NCBI GenBank assembly: GCA_964187785.1
Contig: OZ076409.1
Location: forward strand, 40,736,001-40,800,000
Length of the DNA stretch: 64,000 nt
Reading direction: 5' to 3'
Source of the DNA: Amphiscolops sp. MND2022
Taxonomy: Eukaryota
How positions within the stretch are numbered: the first letter of the stretch is position 1; each line of letters starts with the position of its first letter. Shown here one piece after another: positions 26,821 through 38,900 of the stretch. Made by a program: the position numbers and the translations under genes. Below the pieces are notes generated by a model. The model saw nothing but the letters and a program-made list of their open reading frames with translations. It was not told the origin of the DNA and ran no database searches.

Positions 26821-27279
26821 TAGGCCGAATATAGCGTCAAAAGTTTGGAAAGCTCTGGAAAGCGCTAAACTCTGGATATTACGAGAGCTACTTTAATAAA
26901 ATCGAATGGGGACCCTTAGAAGACAGAAAAAGTCTCACAGTGCCAAAAAACATTGTGGGAGGGTTTAAAATGTGGGAGGTGTTACGTTTAAAAAGTAAAA
27001 ATGGAAAGGCGGGACCCTTTGCAATAACTTAGATGCGTTTCCCAGGTACTACCTGGGAAACGCATCTAAGTTATTGCAAAGGGTCCCGCCTTTCCATTTT
27101 TACTTTTTAAACGTAACACCTCCCACATTTTAAACCCTCCCACAATGTTTTTTGGCACTGTGAGACTTTTTCTGTCTTCTAAGGGTCCCCATTCGATTTT
27201 ATTAAAGTAGCTCTCGTAATATCCAGAGTTTAGCGCTTTCCAGAGCTTTCCAAACTTTTGACGCTATATTCGGCCTATA
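26819..27279. repeat. Perfect palindrome, 230-bp arms, 1-nt loop (C 27049), made of HINE internal sequence
   Basis: tataggccgaatatagcg...tttcccaggta-C-tacctgggaaa...cgctatattcggcctata. The right arm continues into a HINE 3' end at 27360-27403. Confidence 0.97.
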
Positions 27280-27399
27280 TTGCGTTTTAGTGAGGAGGCG
27301 AAGGTTTGAAAACAGGAGTTTCCATGAAAACGTCCTACGCAGTTTTCCACAATCGCGCTTTTTGAGCCTTAGATCAAGCGCCGACTTTGGACGTTCTCG

Positions 27400-30300
27400 T
27401 GTTAAGACTGACGTTCGTATCGTTTTCTTGTGGGTTATTGAATCTAACCGATATCGTTTGTGTGTAGAATTTCGTATATTCGTTTTTGACTCAGGTTCAT
27501 TTTCCTGATTTTCGTTTTTAGGAGTCGGAAAAAATTTTCGACTACTTATGCAATCGTGTTGTTTTTTTTTTTTTTTTCTCCCGACCTTTTCATGAAAATT
27601 TCAAATTTCTCAAAAACTGTCCATACGATTTTCACGAAATTTTGCACAGTCATTCTACACCCAAAGGGGCCCCTGCGCTTGCAAAGGCATCAAAATCGTA
27701 TGGCTGGGATGTGAGAAACATAGCCAAAATTAGCCCAAAAATGGCCAAAAAACAGCCAATTTTCGACTTTTTTTGATTTTCTCAAAAACTGTCCATACGA
27801 TTCGAACGAAATTTTCTACAGTTATTCTACACCACATTAGAGTCCTATATGTGCAATGGCATCAAAATCGTATTGCTGGGATGTGAGAAACATAGCCAAA
27901 ATTAGCCCAAAAATGGCCAAAAACAATCATTTTTCGACTTTTTTCGAATTTCTCAAATCCTCTCCATACGATTCGAACGAAACTTTCTACAGTCATTCTA
28001 CACCAAATTATGGTTTTATATGTGCAATATCATCAAAATCGTATGGCTGGGATGTGAGAAACATAGCCGAAATTAGCCCAAAAATGGCCAAAAAACAGTC
28101 ATTTTTCGACTTTTTTCGATTTTTAGGAGTCGGAAAAAATTTTCGACTACTTATGCAATCGTGTTGTTTTTTTTTTGTTTTTTTTTCTCCCGACCTTTTC
28201 ATGAAAATTTCAAATTTCTCAAAAACTGTCCATACGATTTTCACGAAATTTTGCACAGTCATTCTACACCCAAAGGGGCCCCTGCGCTTGCAAAGGCATC
28301 AAAATCGTAAGGCTGGGATGTGAGAAACATAGCCAAAATTAGCCCAAAAATGGCCAAAAAACAGCCAATTTTCGACTGTTTTTGATTTTCTCAAAAACTG
28401 TCCATACGATTCGAACGAAATTTTCTACAGTTATTCTACACCACATTAGAGTCCTATATGTGCAATGGCATCAAAATCGTATGGCTGGGATGTGAGAAAC
28501 ATAGCCAAATTTAGCCCAAAAATGGCCAAAAAAACAGTCATTTTTCGATTTTTTTCGATTTTCTCAAAAACTGTCCATACGATTCGAACGAAATTTTCTA
28601 CAGTTATTCTACACCATATTAGAGTCCTATATGTGGAATGGCATCAAAATCGTATGGCTGGGATGTGAGAAACATAGCCAAAATTAGCCCAAAAATGGTC
28701 AAAAAAAGGGCCATTTTTCGACTTCAGAAGGAAAAAGACCTAAGCCGACTCCTTTACCGCACATGCGGCTCTGGTTTTTTTAGGTTTTAGCAACTTCAAC
28801 AGTTCTCTCTGCGATTCTAGAAGTAACCCTTCTATCTCTGTAGTTATTTCTTTCTTCAAAGAAGTTCTCAATCTCTCCAAGACGCTATTTTTGATCCTCG
28901 GTGACTTGGCTCCAGGTGGACCCACTATCATTACGTCTTGTTCACGTAATTCGATTTTCTGTACGGCAGTTGGGGAAACTATACGTTTCACTCACGTTTT
29001 CGCGCGCTCTCCTGATTGACATTCTTTCCCTTTTGGGTTCTTGTTTACATTCCAAAGAAAAAAAGAGTGGTTTTGAATTGTTTTATTAAAATTGAAAGCT
29101 TGTTCTGATAAAATCAAAGGTCTTATTGCAAAAAGAAACTATTGATTATTTCTACAAAAGTCTTAGTAATTGTACCCTCCTAGCATCAATTGATCACACT
29201 CGCGTTCCCTTAGTTTCTTCAAACAAATAGTAATTTCATATTTTTTGTATCAAAATGCCTTTTAGGAAATCGACGTACGTCGACATTGCGACATCTTCAT
29301 AGTCTCCTTGTTGTTAATCCAATATTAGTCATCAAAGGTGCTCACATGGTTTCACTAAAGCTTCAGTTCGATTTCTTAAGTTTGGGAAGTAGATTTTACT
29401 TCATTTTGACACAACGGAAGTACTTCTGGACTTTTTATCCAGCTTCACTAAGTCTTGCTTGAAGTAGGTGGAAAATGCGACGCAAACCTAACATTGGCGT
29501 GAACAACTATTACCTGATTTTAACTTTCAATCTAAGGAAACTTTGACTAATTTAAAAAAAAGACAGCTGATTGATGCTAGTAAGGTGAAAATATATCTTG
29601 CCTTATAGGCATTTTCTTTGTTCACCGTGATTAAATACTACCCAACAAACTAAGCAACACACTTTAACGAAGCAATAACGTCAAATTTTAAAACAGTGTA
29701 CATATAACCATTATTTTAGCATTTAACCACGTGTTTTATATACTCGTCGACATTGGGTCAACCAATCAAACGTATACTGCAATAAACTGCGAACGAACAA
29801 AAGTACATTACATGTACAATTGTACATGTAAGTTAACTACATTACCTTGATACTGATACATTGTATACAAAACTATGAAATCAGTAGCAAAATAGAAAGT
29901 AGGATTACGAAAAGATGCACTCAGTTCGATCGTGAACTGTGACTTTCTTCTCCATATCACCAAACACCTTTGCAATATCTTTTGGATGAAAAGGGTCACA
30001 AATCCTTCTACTTAACAATTTTGATCTTGGCCAACGCAACAATGACGTAAAGGTGTAGTTCCTCACTAAAAGATTCATCGATTGACGTAGCTGTGTTGTA
30101 GACTCAAAAGGAAGTTAACTCAACAATTGCCTACGAAAATGACATTATCCAAGAGTTTTGATTAAATACCCTCATTTGTTTGCGACGTTTTGTTGACGTA
30201 ACTTCGACCAAGATATAGCTAGCCGCAATTGCCGTGACGTAGGCGTGACGTAAGTTTCGAACGAAATTCTTAGCTGAGTTTTGATGAAACTGTGACTTCA

Positions 30301-30800
30301 CCGCCATATTGAATGCCTTTGTCTGCGTTGTTGTGACATTACGCACATATCAAAACTGGCCAGCATGGCTATAATTGTTTGTTTAACGACGTACCGACGT
30401 CATAAGTTGCACTAATTGCTTCTCAAATCCGTAATTATGCTGCCTTTTGCAGAAAGGCGTAATCCCTTGATGTACGTTTTTGTTTGAGTATTTTCTATTT
30501 TAGATTCGCCCATGATTTTAATTGAAAGATAATTTCGAAATTAGTTTTCGGGGGAAAATGACCTAATTTCCGTCGTAGCTTCAGCGTCCAGGTGGAATGG
30601 TTTGAATCTTTTTATTCAGTTCATTGTATCAGTCAATTTCATTTTCGATTTTCGGATGGTTTAAGTCAGTCACAGTTCACTTGTTTTGATAAAAAATATA
30701 AAATCTGAAATACATTTTTGCGGTTTTGCTGCGCATCCATGTCATCTTCCGAATCCTACTCTCGTGCAACCGCAACCTACTCCGGGAGCGAACCGTGACA
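27400..30800 (-). mobile_element. Long solo LTR (family A) split by the tandem-array element at 27521-28752
   Basis: Starts TGTCACGGTTCGCTCCCGGA (30800) and ends ...GTCAGTCTTAACA (27400). Peptide GPPGAKSPRIKNSVLERLRTSLKKEITTEIEGLLLESQRELLKLLKP matches 46325-46693. Segment 27400-27520 encodes KFYTQTISVRFNNPQENDTNVSLN, homologous to the end of the 46289 copy. No TSD is visible. Confidence 0.85.
27521..28752. mobile_element. TE with short TIRs carrying a ~172-bp tandem array organised as a ~605-bp higher-order duplication
   Basis: ttta|GGAGTCGG...CCGACTCC|ttta. Six ~172-bp units (ctcaaaaactgtccatacgatt...ggctgggatgtgagaaacatagccaaaattagcccaaaaatggcc). The header ggagtcggaaaaaattttcgactac is repeated at 27521 and ~28126. 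Confidence 0.85.
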
Positions 30801-32360
30801 TTAAGAGTGACGTTTTTGGATATTTATTGGTACTGTGGAAATGATGACATTATTTCTAATGAATTTCTCCCGAGTTTAAGGGAAAGATTATAATTTGAAG
30901 CTCCAACGAAAGAAATATTCATATTAAACACTATTAATTTTTTCAACTCCGTGCGACTTTTCACTGTGAGCCTTTTTTGAAAGAAAAAAGTGTTTTTTGT
31001 TCGACTTTTCCAAAGTAAAAAAGTAATCTTTACACAAAAAGTCCACCCATTTGAGAAGTTTTGATGTACATTGTTTGGAGGATGTCACTAAACAGCTTCG
31101 CCGGTGAGAAAGTCCACAAAGCATCCGTACTTTTTCTTTTTGAGCTATCAACCTACCGGTTGCTGTAAGTATTGTCTCCACGAAAACAGCGCTATAACCG
31201 AATGGTTTTACTGATTTTATTTAATTTTGGCTGGAAAAAACTGTGGCTCGAGTTCTTTCGTTTTCATTCTCTTGTTTGTTTCCAGGAAGACCTTCTCGGA
31301 AGGTAATTTTCGGAATTAATTGTAGAACGACAAAAAACTGTTTATTCAAATTGTAATTTTTTCCGATTTGGATCATGCAAAGGATAGAAAATGGTTTGCA
31401 AAATTCTTGAACGCCTTCTCGGGACCCGATGTGCAAATGTGCAGCTACTTTTCAAATCCGTAAAGGCAATTTAGTTCATACAATTCTGTTGCCTTTTCGT
31501 TTTCAAAAAATTAGGTTTTGTAGGTATCCTTTTTTCTAGAAGGTGTCTTGTAACAAACAATATACGAAAAATATCACAGTGCCACGGCATCTCTCGTAGA
31601 TCCATCCAGAACAACTTCCGCTCAGAATGGGTAGTGATCCCAAACAGACACTTGCATAAATATGTTTCTTACAAAAAGTTATAATTTTATGAAAGATTTT
31701 TGAAATTTTTGCCACGACATGAAATGATGATTTGATGCCCAAGTTTTTCAAGCAAGCGGTGTTCTAATTGGATGTACTTCAATGACTATATAATTTTCTG
31801 TCTAAAAAAAAAGAAACAAGAAACCCTAGTCGAGGTTGCTTGAACTTTTCACATGCTGCATGGAGACATGCAGGTTAATTTTTTATAAAACATGAAAAAT
31901 TCAGGAACCATGCATGGAAGCATTTTGTTGGATTACTATGGAGCTTTCACTATTTAAGTTAAAACTGAAAACAATTCCACTTCTTCACCACCGCGATCAC
32001 TTTGTTTTCACGCGTAAGTTTCTCAAGCAACTACCTTATGTAAACACCATTAGTCGAAAAGCATGCTGACTTTGAAACTTATAATGTGACTTATAAAGAA
32101 AATTATTTGCATTGAAACCGCGGTAAAATTGATGAAGGTCTCAGCTGCTTTCAAAATTAGAACGGCGTTTTCATGAAATCTCCAAAACTTCACGGCTCGG
32201 AATTGCCGCCAAATTTAGGATGCTTCTTGTAGGCAACTTGATAAAATTAAATCGAATCAGTGAAGTTTTGTTGCATGGACGTTTCTTTGAGAATTTTATA
32301 AATTTATGGAAAATTAGGTTGGTAACCTACAAAAACATGTAAAAAGTTCAAGCAGTTCCA

Positions 32361-32800
32361 ACCAGGAAAGGAACGTCTAAAGTCGGTGCTATACCTAAGT
32401 TCGGATATAACGTCAAACGCTTGGATATATCGCTTAAATTCAGATATTACGAGGGAGGACTTCACAAAAAATCAAAGGGACCCTTTGGAGACAAAACAAA
32501 TGTGCTGAAAAAACTATTGAAAAGGAGGCCCTTTAGTCTAGTCCGGTTTTGAAGGTTACGTTAAAAAGTAAAAAATGAAAGGGAGGACCCTTTGCGCTAA
32601 GTTTCCGCTGACCACACTTGGCCTCAGTAGGTTTGGTGGTTTCTGTAAAAAATGAACCTTCCAGTTGAGGTCTGTAGTCTGAAGAAAAAAAAGCGCTGTC
32701 TAAAAAATGCTACAACCAAAGTGTCGAATTTTTGACGTTATATCTGAACTATATTGCGTTTTACTAAGGTGGCCGAGGTTCGAAAAATGCGCCCCCATTA
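32361..32800 (-). mobile_element. Degenerate, internally rearranged HINE copy
   Basis: ggaacgtctaaagtcggtgctatacctaag at ~32370. Internal aagggaccctttg motifs. Internal inversion (gatataacgtcaaa 32405 versus tttgacgttatatc 32731). Confidence 0.6.
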
Positions 32801-35092
32801 TTCCCAGCACGCCATATCCGAAGGCTTAACGATATTTCTGAAATCAATTGAGTTTTACCAAGGAAGAGGTAAATTTTTGATCAAGCGTCTATTGTTAGTC
32901 AATTGAAGGCAGAAAATATCCCGGTGCATTACGGGCGTCTTGTTTTTATTTATTCTGTTTAGTCTAGAACATTTTGAACATATAAAGTCAACCATCTTTT
33001 GCGTTTTTCTTTCAATTTCTGAGAAGTTATTTGCGCTCAAAAAAGTTTGAAATTTTTAAGAAGAAATTCTGTAAGAAAAACTTCCGCTAATGATTCTTTC
33101 AGTTAGCCATCATCTCTCACAGTTATCAGTCGAAAATTCATGAAAGCAGTCATTTGTTGAAAAAACAAATTCAATGTGCATGAAAACTTCTCTAGTTTCT
33201 TAGAGACGTCTTGGAAGAATCCTCAAAAATTAGTTATCATATCACTATACAACTGCGCCTCTTGTTTGCTTTTGATTTGAATTATTCATACGTTGCAAAA
33301 AAACCCTCCGCATAAACTTTTGACAACAACCTAACGTCTGTTATCGACTTGTATCATATTTCTAGCGCCAATTCACTCGAAACATCGAATAACCCATTTT
33401 TTTAAAAAAAATGAAGCGACATCCTAATTCCTCAAAACGTCTGTTTCAAGCTGAAAAAGTTCCAAAAAAGTTGAGGTGGCATTCTTTAACCAAATTAAAA
33501 GATTTTCCAAAAAATCGCACTGTGCCAAAAAATCACATGTCTTTTCCACATTTAACGGAATAACGCTCATCAGGAACTAAACCCAACCCAAGATGTTAGC
33601 CATAAGTCTCAAAACCCGGTTTTCCTTAACAGGAAGTTTCAAAAAACCAAAATTTTTGAGAAAAAAGTTCACGTAAGTGTTTCAAGATAATGACATAATA
33701 TTTTCGATTAGTCGCCTTTTGACCAAATGAATATTGTATCGAAAAAATTTGATTTTTTCCGGAAAACCATAGGTCTTTTCCACAGATATTGAGGAGGGTA
33801 CACATTGATCAAATGAATATTTTATCGGAAACAAGTCAGGCAGTTCCGGAAAATGTTTCATTTATGTTGAGAAAAATTCTCATCAGCCTCATTGCACTTG
33901 AAAATAATAAAAGATGTCATCCTTAGAATTCGAAAAAGTGTTAGAACTCGAGGAAATAACAGAAAACCTCCAAAATTCCGAAATTGTGAAAAAAATTGTC
34001 ATTTTTTCAGAAAAAAAGTATTCAAAAATTCTCATAGTGCCAAGAAAGTCTACGTGGGGCCTCTATGCTTTGATTCTGCTAAAAAGAAAAGGAAGCTTCG
34101 GTTTAAAAAATTGGTTAAAAAACCGCATAGTACCAAAAACGGCCGTTTTGTCTTTTCTTTACCTTTGCATATAAAATTCGGTTTACTACGGGACTCAGAC
34201 CCACGTAGTTCTGCTTCTCAGGCCATTACCAGGTCTGAAAGTTTTCGTTTTTTGCTAGACCAAAGCTTTCTAGAAGAAAAAACTCTTTTCAGAGAAGCGC
34301 CGACAAAACAAACACTGACTGTTTCAGACAAAGTTGCCTCACTTTTTTATATCTTAGTCCACAAATACCCAAAGAACTTGTCCATTTTATGTTCGGGTAA
34401 CAATCGTTTCTCGTTGTAGTTTCTTAGATAATTTATTTTCTTTTTGATCTCTTTTTTGAAAGAATCGCTCTTGTTGTTGAGTGGGGTCGAGTTCCGAGTG
34501 TTTGCCTAATCCTAAAAAAGTGTTTGCCTAAAGTAAAAAAAAAGAACTTTCTTCGATTTTGATCTTAATCGTGAGTGAACCACAGTTAAATTGATTTGAT
34601 TGGAACTTCAACTTTATGCCAAATTTCTGCCAAAAATTTTTAAAATGGATAAAAGTAACTAGAAAATCAGTACTATTCGAAAAAGAAATCATTTTTTCCA
34701 AACCATTTCCTTTGAAACGAAGTGTAAACGAAGCTCGTGCGGTGAACATTGATTTTTTGAGTTTTTTGAAGGTTTTTCAGTATTTTAAGGTTCAATCAGT
34801 CAAACTAAGAAGTATTGTTTTCATCTTATTGCGATCGCCTTTGCCACCCGTTGCATGAAAACTCGAAGTTTCCAAAGGTCTTCACAACTGCTTTTTGTGA
34901 CCAGACAAGATTCTTGTGCCAGTAAAGTCTAATATCGGGTGTTCAGAAGCCATATGAAAAGGTTTTCGTGGAAGATTCGCTTTCTGAATGTTTTTGGATT
35001 CCAAAGGTCAAAATGTCGTGCAGCCAAGGACTTTTTGCTACATTTGCAAAACATATTGAAACTCTTTGAATGCTATTCAGATGGGAGTGTTT

Positions 35093-35644
35093 TTAGTCAG
35101 CGCATTTGGAGAAAAGTGCCCGACTCTTACAGTGGGTAGTTTTTTTTAGTCGCGTAAGGTCCATTTTTTGTTCATTTGTTCAACAGCCTGAACTGAGGCT
35201 CAAAACACTCGAAATCTCAGACGCTTGTCCAAAACAAAAAGAAAAAAGAAAACCGACGCCCAGAACATCAAAAACATACTAAGGATCCCCTTCGGCTTTC
35301 TTGGTTTTTTTCACTTTTTTTGGGACTATGAGACTTTTTTGAAAATTTTTGGAGTGCACAAAAGGGTCCCCCTTCTTTTGTTACGATACTTTGCAACAGA
35401 ATGGATGCTAAAAAACTTCAAAGGGCCTCTCACATTTTTCGGCACTGTGACACTGTTCAAAATCCTGTTTTTAATTTTTTCGATTTTTTTAAAGTCTCCA
35501 AAGGGTCCCCTTCAATTTTTTTTCTTATTTTGCAACAAACTGGAGTTTCAATAAGCCCACAGGGTCCCCCCTTTTACAATTTTAAAAACTTCACGCTTTT
35601 TGAGCCTTAGATATAGCGCCGATTTTGGCCGTTCCCGGCTTGTT
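35093..35644 (+). mobile_element. HINE copy
   Basis: TT|AGTCAGCGC 5' subTIR. The 3' end reads gagccttagatatagcgccgattttggccgttcccggcttgtt. Confidence 0.7.
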
Positions 35645-36340
35645 TTCACTGACCCGGATTTTTGAAAACTTTCAGCTGTTCAAGCAAATGTTTTGGTGAA
35701 AGAATCACAGTTTGAGCCAAAACCTTTTGAATACCATCAAGATTTTTATCTGACAGTTGTTTCGTCTGGTTAGAAAATCAATTGTCGAGAAAACAAAGAC
35801 TTGGGTTCTGTGCGAAACCATTCTGCTTTTCGTTTTCCCTTTTGAATATCAACCAATTTTCTGGCAAGCAATCTATTGTCAAGAAAACAGATCCCTCCGT
35901 AAAACATTCTGCCTCTGGTTCAAATATGTTAGATCGTTAAGAAGACAAAAGTTGACTCCTAAATATGTAAAATGAGTATTTGACACGAAGTGTCAGAAAA
36001 TTCAGGAAATTGGACCCTTCACAAAAAACATCAAAAAACTCAGAGGGACCTCCTAGTGAAACCAATTTTTCTAAAGTCGCTCTATGTCAGAAAAAAAAAT
36101 AAAAGTCTGGTCTTTGGAAACAATATGAAAGTATATGAACTGCCATTTGACTGTGCTTTGCCTTTTATTTGAGATTACAGCAGATAATTTCGAAAGGTTT
36201 GAAACCTTTATAAGATCTCTCAGTTCGTGGTCTTGAGAAAAGGTCACCTATACATTCTGCACTTTTTAACAGATTTCCGAATGAAAACGACTTTAAACAG
36301 TAAATAGTTGGGATTTCATTGTGAACAATTGTCAAACCTT

Positions 36341-36599
36341 TTGTCTAAAACTACCGAAGTGCAAAAACTGACATCGGGGCAATAGAAAGATCTGAGAATT
36401 TTTAACAAATTTTTGCCAGTTTAGCAGTAAAAGTGCACTTTTACTGATAAACAGGCAAAAATTTGTTCTTTCTATTGCTCCAATGGCAGTTTTTGCACTT
36501 TGGTAGTTCTAGACAATAAAAACCAGACAACAACAAAAAGACCCTATTTTGACATGTCAAAATCGGGTCTTTTTGTTGCTGTCTGGTTTTTATTGTCTA
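36341..36599. repeat. Two abutting imperfect palindromes (36341-36517 and 36510-36599)
   Basis: Centres aaaagtg|cactttt (36435/6) and tttgaca|tgtcaaa (36554/5). They share the junction tagacaa/ttgtcta. Confidence 0.9.
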
Positions 36600-37142
36600 A
36601 ATATTTGTTGTTTTGCAATTTTCTTAAGGTGTTAGGACGAGATGTGTTGCATTGCTTAAGAACTATTTCTATTTTGTCATTTTAGCGCCTTTTCTAGTGC
36701 CATGAGGTTAATATTGTCGAATTCGTTTAACCCGAGTATGTCGACTTTGGAAAATTTAAGCGACTACATTAAATCGATATAACGTATGCTTTTCCTCTGT
36801 CCCATTAGAAGAGGGAAAAATAACTCAAGAACAATGAAATTGAATCGAATACACTCAATTTACATTTTTAATCAGAATTATTTGAACTAGATTTTAGTAA
36901 AAATTAAGTAGATTTTCCTTTTACTGCATATCAATGAAGTTCATATAAAACTCTCATCTCTCTCGTTTGCCTGCAAGCGGCGGTTCTCGTAAATCTGCGG
37001 AAGTAAGGCTTTAAGCCTTAGCTGCTAACAAAACCAAAATTGGTGTTGTTATTGTTCCAAATTCATCTGCTAAAGCTAAAAATTTTTCCAGTTTGAAACA
37101 ATAAGTATTATGACTTCATTCTTTCTTTTGTCTTCTGAGGAA

Positions 37143-38159
37143 CTACGGAGTAACTTCCAGTTGTGGCAGAGCTCCAATTATAAGAGCGTGTCCTCCCATA
37201 GCTGAAAAAGCCTCTGAGCCCCCGGCAAACGCCACCGCTGCTGCAAATGCCGCAGGAAATTCCAGTCCCACTCGTTCTCCAGTTGTAGCATCCCGTCCCC
37301 TCATAACCAAAAGAGCCACTGAAAGTGCATTGCCCCCTGCAGCGGCACCATCTCCGTCAAAATTAATACCGAATAAGTTGCGCAAATTTTTCCACAGATC
37401 AACAAAAAACCGTTCAACTGGAGAAAACACCTTGTCTATTTCCTCCTGAACTTTCCTTAAAAGTTTAACACCATAAAGTAAGGCCTGCTTTATTAAGAAT
37501 TCGATAATTGATTTAGATGTTGTCCTGCGAATGCGCAATGTCTCGAAATGTCCGAGGCGGACCATTCGTTTGAAAGCTTGGAAGTTAGGTGTTTCTGCGG
37601 AGGGAACAATTGTTGGCAAAACAAAGCAATTACTCCAATCTTCAAAATCTTGAATCTCGTAGAACATAATTACCACGTTTCTGCGTAAAACTTCTTCATA
37701 CTCTAGAATCTCGCGATGTCTTTGATGAACTTTCCGGATGTGAATTTTTCTCTGAAAATTTTTTAATACTGTGTATTCAGCTGTGCCACCGTCGTCACTC
37801 GTCAAACTTATGACATTTCCACCTTCAAGTCTCCTTAAGTCTTCTGCATCTAATACTATTTGTTTAGGGTATTCATTGTCTCCTTCCAGTTCCGGAGAAC
37901 CAGAGCCAACTCGCAAATGTTGCCCAAATCGAATTTCTTCAACTGTTTCAATCGTCGATGCAGCAGGCCCATTGGGATCAAAGAATATCAAGTCAGCATG
38001 ACCTGGATAACATCTCTGACATCTGCTATGAAGCACAGTGTTGTAATAAAGATGATGAGAGTAGGTCATTTCAGGCAAACTTTCTCCACATGATGAGCAA
38101 ACCTCATTCAACTCGTCCCCACTAATAACTTCACAAGAACTTGTGCGGCTCGAAGACAT
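37143..38159 (-). CDS. Uncharacterised ~338-aa protein with a LIM-like C-x2-C-x19-H-x2-C-x2-C motif and an Ala/Gly-rich hydrophobic C-terminus
   Basis: This is the longest uninterrupted ORF in an AT-rich, stop-dense window. Acceptor tttattttttttAG at 38197-38198 lies upstream of the ATG at 38159, and a candidate donor GTAAGG is at 38346 (150-nt intron). No TE domain was recognised. Confidence 0.7.
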   Translation of the reverse strand: MSSSRTSSCEVISGDELNEVCSSCGESLPEMTYSHHLYYNTVLHSRCQRCYPGHADLIFFDPNGPAASTIETVEEIRFGQHLRVGSGSPELEGDNEYPKQIVLDAEDLRRLEGGNVISLTSDDGGTAEYTVLKNFQRKIHIRKVHQRHREILEYEEVLRRNVVIMFYEIQDFEDWSNCFVLPTIVPSAETPNFQAFKRMVRLGHFETLRIRRTTSKSIIEFLIKQALLYGVKLLRKVQEEIDKVFSPVERFFVDLWKNLRNLFGINFDGDGAAAGGNALSVALLVMRGRDATTGERVGLEFPAAFAAAVAFAGGSEAFSAMGGHALIIGALPQLEVTP

Positions 38160-38643
38160 TCTTAAAGAACAGACTGATTTCACAGACGAAGAGAACCTAA
38201 AAAAAATAAAGTATCATGCAAGAGTGAACTTTCCAAAGAGAGTAACATCACCTAACATAGCAACTACTTTTGTGTGAAAAGGTTAACCTTTTTGAGTGTT
38301 TTGAAAAACAAATTTTGGAAAACTAAAAAAAACTTTGGAGCCTTACGTGAGACTGATCTTCCAGCAAAGTAATGCTTTAAAGCATGAGCTCAGTTGGTTA
38401 TTTATCGCAATCTTGATTTGTGTTAATTTTTTTCTTCCAGAGAATAAATTTTACATTTTCCAACTTTTCATTTTGATTTCTGAAAAGAGGTTTCTTTTCC
38501 CGAATTAGGAGAGTTACCATTAGCACATTTTCGGTAGACCAGAGATGTGAATTTATCTGAAAGTTAAAGCTGATGAGGACTCCGTTTTTTGTTATCTTGA
38601 CCTAGAATGCTCTGCCCAGGGCATTTCTAGTCAAAACAAACTG

Positions 38644-38900
38644 AACAAGACGGGAACGTCTAAAGTCGGCGCTATACTTTTTAAAAGCGCAAAGTTTTAA
38701 AAACATGATCAGGCATTTTTTAATTGGAAAACTCAGGAAAAGTGTCAAAACGTCTCAAAAGTGTCAGAGAACGTTTTAAAAGTTTCGATATAGAGTAATG
38801 GGCAACATGGTACTGCTTTTTAAAACCTCGGCCTCCTCCTTAGTAAAATGCAATATACATGGATATAACGTCAAAACTTCGGATATAGCTCAATATTTTT
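38644..38900 (-). mobile_element. HINE 3' fragment (a further 5' fragment at ~39590-39954)
   Basis: aacaagacgggaacgtctaaagtcggcgctata at 38644. aaacctcggcctcctccttagtaaaatgcaatata matches 27280-27310 and 32750-32785. gaaatgcgtcgact at ~39941-39954. Confidence 0.6.

Noticed and set aside
27521..28752. CRISPR-like appearance of regularly spaced repeats, and ORFs 27856-28323 and 28465-28668
   Set aside because: The whole ~172-bp unit repeats with no unique spacers, there are no cas genes and the context is eukaryotic. The ORFs are by-products of the array.
33892..34419. 175-aa Lys-rich ORF
   Set aside because: Starts at TTG, lies in A-rich HINE-like repeat sequence and has no recognisable domain.
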